The notes under the pieces were generated by a model. It worked only from the letters and a program-made list of their open reading frames with translations. It had not been told where the DNA came from and ran no database searches. The translations under genes and the position numbers were made by a program. From sequence record PZ445432.1: DNA of 64,000 bases, one strand, 5' to 3'. The DNA is from a phage. This document shows positions 29,491-38,634 of this stretch, one piece after another. Each line of letters begins with the position of its first letter. Position 1 is the first letter of the stretch.

Positions 29491-29966
29491 TGTCGGTTTT
29501 CCACATTTACACAGATGGTGCTTGTAAGTCTAACCCAGGTCCAGGTGCTTGGGGTTTTATTGTCTATAATGATAACGACGATCGTTTAGGTTCTAAATCT
29601 GGTTATAATCCTAAAACTACAAATAATGAGATGGAACTCACAGCTATTGTAGAAGCTCTACGTTGGTCTGTTAAAAAAGATAATAGACCAATTGCTATCT
29701 ATACTGATTCTGCTTATTGCAAAAATGGCATGGAAAGTTGGATGTTTTCTTGGCAAAGGAAAGGCTGGAAGAAAGCAGATGGTGAAGTTCCCCTTAATCT
29801 AGAACTTTGGCAGGAAGCATTTAAATTAACACAGCAGTATATCAACTTTCATAATATTAACCCTACTTTTATTAAGGTTAAAGGACATTCTGGTATTAGT
29901 GGTAATGAAGCTGTAGACGCCTTATGTAACACAGTTATTACTGAGCAAGAACTTGCCGAGATGTGA
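29490..29966 (+). CDS. rnhA: ribonuclease H
   Basis: HIYTDGAC ... E ... IYTDS ... GHSG..GNE..D RNase HI pattern; ATG overlaps the upstream stop (TAATG). Confidence 0.8.
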   Translation: MSVFHIYTDGACKSNPGPGAWGFIVYNDNDDRLGSKSGYNPKTTNNEMELTAIVEALRWSVKKDNRPIAIYTDSAYCKNGMESWMFSWQRKGWKKADGEVPLNLELWQEAFKLTQQYINFHNINPTFIKVKGHSGISGNEAVDALCNTVITEQELAEM

Positions 29967-29986
29967 TAAGTAAATTAAAAATTCAA

Positions 29987-30015
29987 TTGCTTAAAGCCCT
30001 CTAATTTAGTATAAT
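29987..30015 (+). promoter_or_regulatory. sigma70-like promoter
   Basis: TTGCTT, 17 nt, TATAAT. Confidence 0.5.
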
Positions 30016-30042
30016 ATTCGTATTGAAAGTGAGGAGGGCTTT

Positions 30043-30327
30043 ATGAGAATTTATAACTCAAATTCATTAGGATTTAAACCATTGAGAAAACGTGCACAAT
30101 CACCTCGTCAAATAAGAAAGGCTAATATTGGTGAACCAGAAACACGTCTTCCACCTCCTCCAGAACAACGTTTAGTTTATCTGGACGAAGAATTAGCGGA
30201 ACGCGAAAGAAAAGCTCAAGAAGAGATTAAGCATAAGAAAATGTGTACTGCTCCAGCCTACTCCAAAGGGGCTTATCAATATATCTATACAGCCGAGGAG
30301 GCTAAAGATGCGGGGCGTAAAAAATGA
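30043..30327 (+). CDS. hypothetical protein
   Basis: 94-aa basic ORF with RBS GAGGAGGG. Confidence 0.5.
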   Translation: MRIYNSNSLGFKPLRKRAQSPRQIRKANIGEPETRLPPPPEQRLVYLDEELAERERKAQEEIKHKKMCTAPAYSKGAYQYIYTAEEAKDAGRKK

Positions 30328-30773
30328 AGATTACTGAATTTAAAGGTACTTATAGTTTTTTATCTAACTTTTATTTATCACCAATTACTTTCGAATATCT
30401 AAATGAGATATGGCATGCTGATACTGTAGAACATGCTTTTCAGGCTATGAAATCCGACCAAAAAGATGATGTAGCTCATGTGCTGCGCTCCCTAAATGCA
30501 GGAGTTGCCAAACGTAGAGGACGTAAATTAACTCTGCGCTCTGACTGGGATAAGGTAAAAGATGATGTAATGTTAGAGCTTTTACGGTTAAAGTTTGCAA
30601 TCCCTGATTTGAGGGACAAACTGTTAGCAACAAAAAATGCAACTTTGATCGAAGGAAATACCTGGGGAGATACATACTGGGGTGTTTGCCGAGGCATCGG
30701 GGATAATACTTTAGGAGTTCTTTTGATGCAGGTAAGGTCTGAAATTAAAAGAAGTTTACAGTTAATAAATTAA
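30324..30773 (+). CDS. NADAR-domain (YbiA/DUF1768-like) protein
   Basis: FLSNFY, HAFQAMK, GN.WGD..WG and LG..LM..R blocks as in YbiA/NADAR proteins. Confidence 0.65.
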   Translation: MKITEFKGTYSFLSNFYLSPITFEYLNEIWHADTVEHAFQAMKSDQKDDVAHVLRSLNAGVAKRRGRKLTLRSDWDKVKDDVMLELLRLKFAIPDLRDKLLATKNATLIEGNTWGDTYWGVCRGIGDNTLGVLLMQVRSEIKRSLQLIN

Positions 30774-30781
30774 AAATTCAT

Positions 30782-30810
30782 TTGCTAAACGCTTCAAATT
30801 CTAGTATAAT
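30782..30810 (+). promoter_or_regulatory. sigma70-like promoter
   Basis: TTGCTA, 17 nt, TATAAT. Confidence 0.5.
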
Positions 30811-30848
30811 ATACTTCATAAATTGATAAACAAAAAGGAAAATAAATA

Positions 30849-31364
30849 ATGGCTAAGCAGAAAAACGCAAAAACTCAAGCAGCAACTACAGTTAAAACTT
30901 TCCCTCAGACTGAGGCTAACCGCAAAGCTCGTCTGGAACGCCACCTGCGCAAGCATCCTACTGATGCTCAAGCTGCACAGGCACTGAATCGTCCGGCTCC
31001 GATTCGTCAAAAGCCGAAGGCTAAGAATGCTACTCGTTCTGTAACCCGCCTTGTGACCTATGTACAGGGTTATGGCCACAAATCTGTTCCAGTAACACTG
31101 AGTTTCAATGCTGGAGCTGAATTGTTCCCTCGTAATGGCATGGCCATGAAAGATTACGAGAAAGCAGTTAACCAGAAACGCAAGCCAACGGCAGATGTGC
31201 TTCGTGACACTCATGGACAGTTTGGCTCTGTTAAGCCAAATATCTTTGGCGTAGAGTATAGTAAAGATAGTGTTCGTGCTCTGTGTTACGGTGTAGGCAT
31301 TAAGTTCACTGGTGATTCTGCTCGTAAATCTGCTAAACCAGCTCGTAAACGTAAAGCGAAGTAA
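30849..31364 (+). CDS. hypothetical basic protein
   Basis: 171-aa Lys/Arg/Ala-rich ORF with host-optimal codon usage (CGT, CTG). Confidence 0.5.
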   Translation: MAKQKNAKTQAATTVKTFPQTEANRKARLERHLRKHPTDAQAAQALNRPAPIRQKPKAKNATRSVTRLVTYVQGYGHKSVPVTLSFNAGAELFPRNGMAMKDYEKAVNQKRKPTADVLRDTHGQFGSVKPNIFGVEYSKDSVRALCYGVGIKFTGDSARKSAKPARKRKAK

Positions 31365-31405
31365 TAGATAGGAGGGGCGAAAGCCCCTCATATTTTGGAG
31401 AAACT

Positions 31406-31642
31406 ATGCGTAATTTTGTAGTAAAGAATGATTTTAACCGTGCTAGCACCCATAAGTCCGCTAGAGATTATACACGACTTTCTAGTCATGAGGTAATGGA
31501 TACCTGTTATGAAGAGCTGGAAGATAACTGGAATGAATGGCCAGACTTTTCTATGGAAGAAAACTGGGATGTTAGTGAAGATATGCTTCCTGGTTTTAAA
31601 GACCCCAAGAAGTGGGAGTCTATTAAAGAGACAGCTCTTTAA
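31406..31642 (+). CDS. hypothetical acidic protein
   Basis: 78-aa ORF. Confidence 0.45.
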   Translation: MRNFVVKNDFNRASTHKSARDYTRLSSHEVMDTCYEELEDNWNEWPDFSMEENWDVSEDMLPGFKDPKKWESIKETAL

Positions 31643-31670
31643 TAGTTTTCTACACAATAAAGGATAAGTT

Positions 31671-32372
31671 ATGAAAGTAAAACCATTTGGTATGCTAGAT
31701 ATTGAATCTCTAGGAACTCCGGGGGATTGTGGTACTACTCATATCGCAATGCCTTCTTTCGCTTTTGTGGCTATGCATGGGATTGATAAAGACCCTGACT
31801 TAGTATTTGCTACTTTGGATGTGCAGGATCAGCTTAATTCTGGTGCCAAAGTTACAGCATCTACTCTAGCATTCTGGATGGATCAAGCTAAAAATAGCCC
31901 GTCTGCTATTCACATTATGGAAGCTATGAAGGAACGTAATCCAAAACTGATTGCCTTCCAAAATGGTAAACATCATTGCACTACTAAATTAGGCTCAAAC
32001 TATGCTGCCTTCTCTATGGCTCAAAATATTATGGAGTTGGCTCTAGGCGAAAATGCTTTGTATTATGGCAATGGCCCAGAGTTTGATATGACTATCTACT
32101 CTGCAAACACGTTCCATGCTGGAACCAATGAAGAGGTAGTTCCGTGGAAATTCTGGAATTTAGGCAATGTTCGATCTCTTCGTAATCTCTGGATGCAAGC
32201 GGGTTATAGTTACAAAGATCTAGAGGCTGAAGGTATTAGCTGGGCAAAAGCTAAAATGGAGAAGATGGACACCATTCGTTATGGGATCTATCCGGTTAAG
32301 CACGACCCAGCATTCGATGCCCTAGTTGAGGGCTATTGTGTTGCAGCTATGATCGAAAAAATGAAAATTTGA
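31671..32372 (+). CDS. hypothetical protein
   Basis: 233-aa ORF; an N-terminal LDIES segment resembles a DEDD exonuclease motif but this is unsupported. Confidence 0.45.
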   Translation: MKVKPFGMLDIESLGTPGDCGTTHIAMPSFAFVAMHGIDKDPDLVFATLDVQDQLNSGAKVTASTLAFWMDQAKNSPSAIHIMEAMKERNPKLIAFQNGKHHCTTKLGSNYAAFSMAQNIMELALGENALYYGNGPEFDMTIYSANTFHAGTNEEVVPWKFWNLGNVRSLRNLWMQAGYSYKDLEAEGISWAKAKMEKMDTIRYGIYPVKHDPAFDALVEGYCVAAMIEKMKI

Positions 32373-32443
32373 TTTGCTTCCGGCTCCAAAATTCTGTATA
32401 ATATATTTATAAATTTGAGAAAACAATAAAAGGAAAAACAAAT

Positions 32444-32626
32444 ATGCCAGTATCTAAAAATGTTCGTAAAAATGGTAAGAAAGCTACTCGTAATCTGGGT
32501 ATCCGTCGTATGGCCGAACGTCAATCAGGTGTCCAGAAAATCTTTGATCTGTTAAATCGTGCTAATCCTAAAATTGATAACAGTAATGATACTGTTCTGC
32601 GCACTCTGCTGGCAATTGGTCTGTAA
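32444..32626 (+). CDS. hypothetical small basic protein
   Basis: 60-aa ORF downstream of a promoter-leader cassette. Confidence 0.45.
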   Translation: MPVSKNVRKNGKKATRNLGIRRMAERQSGVQKIFDLLNRANPKIDNSNDTVLRTLLAIGL

Positions 32627-32679
32627 TAGATCAAATTTAAACAAATTCAAATCTCAAACTTCATATAAGGAAGCAAATA

Positions 32680-33318
32680 ATGACTACTCGTATTTCTAAA
32701 ACTCGCGCTCTGGCAACTATCAAATCTCTGGAAGCTAAAATCCGTAAAGCTGCTGAACAGCAGGTTCTGATCGCTGTTGGTGAAGGTAAGGATAAAAATA
32801 AGGTTGTAGTTGGCGCTGCAATCGAAGTAGACGATCTGTCCGCCCGTATTAAGGCAGATTTCCAATCTCTCCTGGATATGATGTCCCAGCGTGATCGTAT
32901 CAAAGCTGCTCTGATTAAGAGCAATGCGGAAACAATCGTTGAGATTGGCTCTCGTAAGATGACTGTTGCGGAAGCAATTGAAGCTAAGCGTTCTATGGAA
33001 CTTAAAGCCCAACTGCTGGCTAACATGCGTAAGCAGTTCCAAGCCGCTACGGCTAAGTTTAATACGCAGAAAGCACAGTTTGATGCTAAATATGAGCGTT
33101 TGCAGGATAGCATGGCTACCCGCGATAAGAAAACTTCCGAAGATGAAGTTAAAATGCAGCTCAACCTGCTGGAACTCAAGAATACTCCATTCTTGATTGA
33201 TCCGCTGGAACTGGAGAAGCTGATTAAGCAGCATGACGAGGAATACCAGGACTTTGCAACAAATGTTGACTTTGTTCTGTCCGAGTCTAACGCCTCTACC
33301 TTCATTGAAGTAGAGTAA
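32680..33318 (+). CDS. hypothetical coiled-coil protein
   Basis: 212-aa ORF with host-optimal codon usage and heptad-like Ala/Lys/Glu/Gln-rich sequence. Confidence 0.5.
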   Translation: MTTRISKTRALATIKSLEAKIRKAAEQQVLIAVGEGKDKNKVVVGAAIEVDDLSARIKADFQSLLDMMSQRDRIKAALIKSNAETIVEIGSRKMTVAEAIEAKRSMELKAQLLANMRKQFQAATAKFNTQKAQFDAKYERLQDSMATRDKKTSEDEVKMQLNLLELKNTPFLIDPLELEKLIKQHDEEYQDFATNVDFVLSESNASTFIEVE

Positions 33319-33760
33319 TAATTTAAAAGCTAGTAAATCGGTAGACGAAAGCCCAAGCATCTTACCTCGCAGCAGCGGTTGAAATACGAGGTTAAATAAG
33401 ACCGCTGACCATACTATAAAGTATAATCTATTGGAGATTATGTTTATTACATCAGACATTTAATCTGACACGTAAAAACAAAGCGTCGTTGATATTACCG
33501 ACACAACTTCAAAGATCAACATTTAAGTATGAAAGCTGAAAAGTTTAAAGAACTCAAACTTCTAAACTTCTAAAGCTAAAAGATGCAAAGTATTCGTTGA
33601 TGATTCAAACCCTAGATCAAAGGTACATGGCTCATAAGATATGGCCTGTGGCGCCTCTAGGCTGTTTATCGGTTTACTAGTTTCACAATTTAAAAATGTA
33701 TTTGCTAATTTATTAAGTTATCTGTATAATATATTTTTAAATTGATGAAACGAGGCTATT

Positions 33761-34582
33761 ATGGGTAAATTACAAAAACAAATACTACCATATATAGATT
33801 ATATCCGAGAAATTATAGAGTATAATCCCTATACTGGTAAATTATTCTATAAGCCTAATAAATATAAGAATAAAACTTGGCATACTTTATATGCTGGGAG
33901 AGAAATATGTAGTAAGAACTCTGATGGGTACATCAGAGTTAGTTTGCTCTTAGATAATAAACCCACAATTATTTATGGACACCGAATAGCGTGGCTCCTT
34001 CACTATGGGGAGGAACCACCTGCTATGATTGATCATATAAATACTATACCGTGGGATAATAGAATTATTAACCTAAGAGAGACAAATTTTAAGTTAAACA
34101 GACTTAATACTAACAAAACGGTAGGTGTAGAGCTGCTGCCAGAAGGATTTGTGTACAGCATTACATTAGGTGAAAAGTTTTTTGTATCCCCCGGCTTCCC
34201 CACTTTCGAACAAGCTAAAGTGGAAAGAGAAAAACTAGTAAATGGTTTATGTAATGCAGAAATTGGGAAGCAGACCAATATTCTAATAGACGATGTTAGA
34301 GATTTACCTGAAATGTCCATTATTTGTCGTACAGTTATAGGTGCGCTGGAACTATCAGATGTGTTTAGTTTCACAGGATCCTATTTATTTATGGACTCAG
34401 ATTTAGGAGATTCAGAGGTACAAGGAAAAGATTTATTAGATCATATACTATTATTAGGTCAAAGACCCCTAAAAGTGATTCTAGTAACATCTAATCCTGT
34501 TGACGCAGAGTACATGAGAGGTACTCTTACGTCTTATGGATACCGAGAAAATCCCAATAGATTAGAATATGATCTATTTTAA
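33761..34582 (+). CDS. HNH homing endonuclease
   Basis: GHRIAWLLHYGEEPPAMIDHINTIPWDNRIINLRETN HNH motif. Confidence 0.7.
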   Translation: MGKLQKQILPYIDYIREIIEYNPYTGKLFYKPNKYKNKTWHTLYAGREICSKNSDGYIRVSLLLDNKPTIIYGHRIAWLLHYGEEPPAMIDHINTIPWDNRIINLRETNFKLNRLNTNKTVGVELLPEGFVYSITLGEKFFVSPGFPTFEQAKVEREKLVNGLCNAEIGKQTNILIDDVRDLPEMSIICRTVIGALELSDVFSFTGSYLFMDSDLGDSEVQGKDLLDHILLLGQRPLKVILVTSNPVDAEYMRGTLTSYGYRENPNRLEYDLF

Positions 34583-34594
34583 GGAGTAAAAAGA

Positions 34595-35044
34595 ATGAAG
34601 GCAGCTTTGCTTTTAGTAGCTGCCCTTACCTTCAGCTTCAATAGTCATGCGACCTACGACTCAAAGCAGATTGATTGCATTGCAAAAAATATCTACTTCG
34701 AAGCACGAGGTGAGGGCATAAAGGGAATGACGGCGATTGCACACGTTACTAAAAACCGTGTTAACTCTGGTACTTTTCCTGATTCTTACTGTAAAGTAGT
34801 ATATCAGTCTAACCAGTTCTCTTGGGTATCTAAGAGACCAAAAGTTGATAAAACTGATGAGGCTTGGAAAACCGCCAAGAATTTAGCTAGAGTGATATAC
34901 TACGTTGATTCACCACAAGATCCTACACATGGAGCGTTATACTTCCATAGTGGTAAAGATAAACCGCGCTGGACAAAGAAGTTTAAGAAAACAACTAAGA
35001 TTGAGGGACATACATTTTATAAGCCTGTTGTCACTAAAACTTAA
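34595..35044 (+). CDS. secreted cell-wall hydrolase (SleB/Hydrolase_2-like)
   Basis: Signal peptide MKAALLLVAALTFSFNSHA, then NIYFEARGEG ... AHVTKNR ... YCKVVYQ.NQFSW blocks. Confidence 0.55.
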   Translation: MKAALLLVAALTFSFNSHATYDSKQIDCIAKNIYFEARGEGIKGMTAIAHVTKNRVNSGTFPDSYCKVVYQSNQFSWVSKRPKVDKTDEAWKTAKNLARVIYYVDSPQDPTHGALYFHSGKDKPRWTKKFKKTTKIEGHTFYKPVVTKT

Positions 35045-35052
35045 AAATTTAT

Positions 35053-35081
35053 TTGCTTAAATACTTAAACTTCTGTATAAT
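35053..35081 (+). promoter_or_regulatory. sigma70-like promoter
   Basis: TTGCTT, 17 nt, TATAAT. Confidence 0.5.
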
Positions 35082-35112
35082 ACTTTCATAAATTAATGAG
35101 AGGAAGCGAAAT

Positions 35113-35283
35113 ATGAAAAACTTGATCGTCATTGGTGTTAACACTCGCGGTATTCGTACTACGAAAACTGTTAAAACTTCTAACGTTGCTGAGATCACTA
35201 CGAACCCTAAAAAGTTTGATTTCGCCAAAGTCTCAGCAGTTATGACAGAACAATCTTTTAACCAAGCGTTAGGAATGAAATAA
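35113..35283 (+). CDS. hypothetical small protein (56 aa)
   Basis: ATG preceded by GAGAGGAAG; stop overlaps the next start (TAATG). Below the track's size cut-off. Confidence 0.4.
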   Translation: MKNLIVIGVNTRGIRTTKTVKTSNVAEITTNPKKFDFAKVSAVMTEQSFNQALGMK

Positions 35284-35726
35284 TGGGAGAGAATATTTTA
35301 GATGTTTTGCGTAGAGCTTTGCAGGATTCTAAGTTTAATGGTTCTGATAAAGAAGTCGCTAAAAGCTATCAGACCATAATCGGGGATCTTCAGCGTATTG
35401 ATAAAGATTTCATCACTTCTGAACAATTTGTGTCTTATCTCAAAGCTCAACTAAAAAGCATTAACCAGATGAAAGCTAAACTTCATGGTCAAGATCTTGA
35501 TAGTTATAGCTTGCAGTCCGCTCAGTATGAATACATTCTAAATAAGTGGTTGCAGGAGTATCTGCCTCCTCAGTTATCTGATACTGAGATTCGTAAATAC
35601 TTTGCAGAATTAGTTAAGCTAAACCCTGGAATTACAAAAGGTATGCTGATGAAAGCGATTAAGGAAGAATTTCCTGGGCGTTATGATGGTGGTACTGCTG
35701 CTCAGATTGCTGGCGAATTTAATTAA
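35283..35726 (+). CDS. GatB/YqeY-domain protein
   Basis: 147-aa ORF with the YqeY-like pattern (YLP..LS..E ... G..KG..M ... DG..A) next to the tRNA cluster. Confidence 0.55.
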   Translation: MGENILDVLRRALQDSKFNGSDKEVAKSYQTIIGDLQRIDKDFITSEQFVSYLKAQLKSINQMKAKLHGQDLDSYSLQSAQYEYILNKWLQEYLPPQLSDTEIRKYFAELVKLNPGITKGMLMKAIKEEFPGRYDGGTAAQIAGEFN

Positions 35727-35734
35727 AAATTTAT

Positions 35735-35763
35735 TTGCTAAATGCCTATAAATTCTGTATAAT
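35735..35763 (+). promoter_or_regulatory. sigma70-like promoter facing an ORF-free RNA region
   Basis: TTGCTA, 17 nt, TATAAT. Confidence 0.5.
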
Positions 35764-35769
35764 ATATTA

Positions 35770-36559
35770 ATAAATTAGAGAACAGCGGGCCGATTACGCT
35801 GAGTGCAGAATCCAAACCGGAGTGCATTGAATAGAGTCGGTGGGTTAGTTGTAAAACTAGTACACAGTGGGCGGCAATCCCGGTTAGTGGCTAGAACGTG
35901 TAAAATGGGGCGTCTGAAACCTCTCCCCTAAACTCTTCTCTAGTTTATAAATAGTGGGGTGTGGAAATCACTTATGTAGTAACACTGCCGATCTAGTATA
36001 AACGGTATTATCAAGCCGTAACTGGTGGAAGATGTAGGTTCGAATCCTACGATCGGTAAGAACTGGATAACTGGTGCTTTTAACGTAAAAGCTTCCGAGG
36101 TTAGTTGCGCACTGCCTAAACCACGCGGTAGTTGGTTCCAGACTAACCAACCAGTCTGCTGAATAGTTTTATTACGATTTAACTATGTCCAGGCTAAAGA
36201 AGAACTTTAGAAGGTATTCTAGGTGGTGAAGTTTTTCCTCCATATCGGAGTAGTTTTTCAAGCTACCAACAAAGTGGGAAATGCTGACATGAGAGATGTC
36301 ACTAATGGTGCACAATAGCACAGGTAATTCGCGATAACTCCTGTTGAGTAGCAGCAAAAGGCGGGAAGTCATGACCCCAAGCCTAACCGAGTCCTCAATA
36401 TACCGCAGGACATAACCACTAAGTCACCCTGACTTAAACTGGAAAATAATAGACGTTACTGTATTTTGTCTTGAAATACTTAATGAGTGAGACTTATGAC
36501 TCTCCCGGTATCGTCTGTATTTTTAAGAGTTTTTACGAGAGTTCTTAAAAATACTTAAA
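35770..36559 (+). ncRNA. ORF-free transcribed region, possible stable small RNAs
   Basis: About 800 nt with no plus-strand ORF, downstream of a consensus promoter; contains several hairpins and tRNA-like fragments. Confidence 0.3.
35987..36058 (+). tRNA. tRNA-like element (possible pseudo-tRNA)
   Basis: Acceptor stem GCCGATC/GATCGGT and T-arm GTAGG-TTCGAAT-CCTAC are intact, but no canonical D or anticodon stem could be folded by hand. Confidence 0.3.
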
Positions 36560-36634
36560 CGGGGTGTAGTCTAAGGGAGAGGCAGGAGTCTTCTAAATTC
36601 CTTTATGCAGGTTCGAATCCTGTCACCTCGGCCA
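36560..36634 (+). tRNA. tRNA-Arg (anticodon TCT)
   Basis: Acceptor CGGGGTG/CACCTCG, anticodon stem GGAGT/ATTCC with loop CTTCTAA, T-arm GCAGG-TTCGAAT-CCTGT, encoded CCA. Confidence 0.6.
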
Positions 36635-36668
36635 ATTTTATTAACTGTAACTAAAACAAAGGAAATAT

Positions 36669-37616
36669 ATGTTTAATACTAAAAATATGAAAGAACTGAC
36701 TTCTGAGCAAAAAGTAATTCGCACTATTAAACGTTGGGGTATTGGTTCTGTAGTTGGTTTAGCAGGTTTAATCCTAGCTTTTAATTCATATACTATTGTT
36801 TCTGATGGTACAGTTAAAACCCAAACATTTCTGGGTAAAGTAGATCCTAACCCAGTATTACCTGGTTTCCATCTTGTAAACCCATTTGCATCTTTCGATA
36901 CTTTTAGTACAAAAGATATTGCTGTAAAATTAGATAAACTTCAGGTTCCTAGCCAGGATAAGTTTAAATCCACTGTTGACCTGACTGTTATGTTGCAGTT
37001 TGATGGTTCTAAGGCACCGATCAACCGTATTAATGCAGGTACTCAGGATCAGGCGTTAGACAAATATGTTACTGAAAAATTACTGTCTACCATCCGTGAG
37101 TTTGGTAAGTCTGTACCTAAAGCACAAGATTTGTTTGATGCTAAAATTCAAGCACAATTACAAACTGCAATTCAACAGGAAGTTGAAGAGTATGCACGCC
37201 CTTATGGTTACACAGTTAAGCAAGTGTTCCTTCAGGATATTACATTGCCACCGGTAATTATGGAACAGGTACAGAATACCAAAGTTCGTGAAGAACAAGT
37301 TAATGCTGCGAAAGCTGAATTGGCTCGTGTTGAACAAGAAGCACAGCAGAAGGTTAAACAAGCAGAAGCAGATCGTGAAGCTCGTAACAACCAAGCTATT
37401 GCAAACGAACGTGATGCAGATGCTAAACTGTATGCAGCTAAGAAAGAAGCCGAAGCTAACGCCGCTCTGCAACGTACTATTACTCCTGAGATGATTCGCT
37501 GGAAACAACTAGAAGTTGAAATGACTCGTGCTCAGAAGTATCAAGGTGGTGTGCCTCAGACTGTAGTAGGTACTGGTTACGATGGTCAAATGATCATGGA
37601 TATGCGTAACAAGTAA
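36669..37616 (+). CDS. SPFH/band-7 (prohibitin/HflC-like) membrane protein
   Basis: N-terminal transmembrane segment, then a long Ala/Glu/Gln-rich coiled coil typical of SPFH proteins. Confidence 0.5.
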   Translation: MFNTKNMKELTSEQKVIRTIKRWGIGSVVGLAGLILAFNSYTIVSDGTVKTQTFLGKVDPNPVLPGFHLVNPFASFDTFSTKDIAVKLDKLQVPSQDKFKSTVDLTVMLQFDGSKAPINRINAGTQDQALDKYVTEKLLSTIREFGKSVPKAQDLFDAKIQAQLQTAIQQEVEEYARPYGYTVKQVFLQDITLPPVIMEQVQNTKVREEQVNAAKAELARVEQEAQQKVKQAEADREARNNQAIANERDADAKLYAAKKEAEANAALQRTITPEMIRWKQLEVEMTRAQKYQGGVPQTVVGTGYDGQMIMDMRNK

Positions 37617-37639
37617 TAGTTACACGTAATCTTCGAAGT

Positions 37640-37680
37640 AAGCCCTGTGTTCCCTGGAGAGCGCAGGGCTTTTCTGTTTT
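37640..37680 (+). terminator. rho-independent terminator
   Basis: AGCCCTG ... CAGGGCT hairpin followed by TTTTCTGTTTT. Confidence 0.55.
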
Positions 37681-37842
37681 AAGGTAGAGGATAAGTGTGT
37701 CTCTTTGGTCACTCAGCTATGACAAATACTTTACACTATATCACATTGAAAATCAAGTGGGGATAACAATTTTGGGGTCTATCCACTTACCTGCTACCCT
37801 TAAGCATCCTGTTATTTTCCTCTAAAAAGTTAAAAAATTCAA

Positions 37843-37871
37843 TTGCTTGAATGCTAAATTCTCTGTATAAT
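37843..37871 (+). promoter_or_regulatory. sigma70-like promoter
   Basis: TTGCTT, 17 nt, TATAAT. Confidence 0.5.
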
Positions 37872-37903
37872 ATACTTATAAATTTGAGAGAGAGGAATCT
37901 AGT

Positions 37904-38422
37904 ATGACTGTTGATGAACTAACAGAACATCTCTTATCTAGAGGGTTTGATACAGATAAGTATCATTGCTGGTTAAGTCCGGAAGGATGGCTAACAGTCC
38001 CGTTGTATGACTTCTCTGGGATGTTGAGAGGCTATCAGACTTATAATCCTTCTGCTCCAAAAGGTCATGGTAAGTGCCCCTTTGAAGCTAAATATTTTAC
38101 TTATTCAACTACACAGTGTGTATGGGGATTAGAAACTCTCAATGGAGATGAAAAAGTAGTATTGATTGCTGAATCTGTATTTAAGGCAGTTGCGTTACAT
38201 AACGCTGGTTATCCAGCCCTGGCAATGTTGGGTTCTTCCCCCGGAAAAGCATTGTTAAAGCAATTGAAATTATTACCTTTTAAATTGGTAGCTGTCGGAG
38301 ATAATGATCCTGCGGGTGAAAAATTTGCTAGAAAATTAAACGGCTTTGTTTCTCCTGTAGATGTAGATGAGATGTCTACCGAAAACTTGAAAAATTTTCT
38401 TGCTATGAAGCTAAATTTCTAA
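37904..38422 (+). CDS. Toprim-like domain protein
   Basis: VVLIAESVFKAVALHNAGYPALAMLG ... VAVGDNDPAGEKFARKL resembles a TOPRIM fold. Confidence 0.45.
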   Translation: MTVDELTEHLLSRGFDTDKYHCWLSPEGWLTVPLYDFSGMLRGYQTYNPSAPKGHGKCPFEAKYFTYSTTQCVWGLETLNGDEKVVLIAESVFKAVALHNAGYPALAMLGSSPGKALLKQLKLLPFKLVAVGDNDPAGEKFARKLNGFVSPVDVDEMSTENLKNFLAMKLNF

Positions 38423-38442
38423 TATAATATATTTATAAATTC

Positions 38443-38531
38443 GGAAGAATAGCATAACGGTATTGCAGCAGATTGCTAATCTGTCGGTTTGAAATATAGC
38501 CTTGTGGGTTCGATTCCCACTTCTTCCGCCA
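38443..38531 (+). tRNA. tRNA-Ser (anticodon GCT), type II
   Basis: Acceptor GGAAGAA/TTCTTCC, 3-bp D stem, anticodon loop TTGCTAA, long variable arm, T-arm GTGGG-TTCGATT-CCCAC, encoded CCA. Confidence 0.7.
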
Positions 38532-38537
38532 AATTCT

Positions 38538-38615
38538 GGTTCTCAAGCTCATATGGTATGAGCACCCAGCTCATAACTGGAAGGTACGTAGGTTCGAATC
38601 CTCGGGGAGCCACCA
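38538..38615 (+). tRNA. tRNA-Met/Ile2 (anticodon CAT)
   Basis: Acceptor GGTTCTC/GGGAGCC with G-U pairs, D stem GCTC/GAGC, anticodon loop CTCATAA, TTCGAAT T-loop, encoded CCA; T stem has mismatches. Confidence 0.5.
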
Positions 38616-38634
38616 AATTAAATAAGGACAACTA

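Noticed and set aside
30816-31391. 191-aa minus-strand ORF opposite the basic protein gene
   Set aside because: Shadow ORF of the codon-optimised plus-strand gene 30849-31364.
32647-33459. Long minus-strand ORFs (270 and 214 aa) opposite the coiled-coil gene
   Set aside because: Low-complexity Ser/Leu-rich translations mirroring a codon-biased plus-strand gene that has a proper promoter and RBS; shadow ORFs.
35968-36372. Two minus-strand ORFs (35968-36150 and 36172-36372) in the tRNA/stable-RNA region
   Set aside because: They are antisense to a tRNA-like element and structured RNA, have no ribosome-binding site, and are opposite to all neighbouring genes.
37700-37800. DnaA-box-like TCTATCCACT in the intergenic region after the SPFH gene
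   Set aside because: Only 7 of 9 matches and a single copy; insufficient to call a DnaA site.
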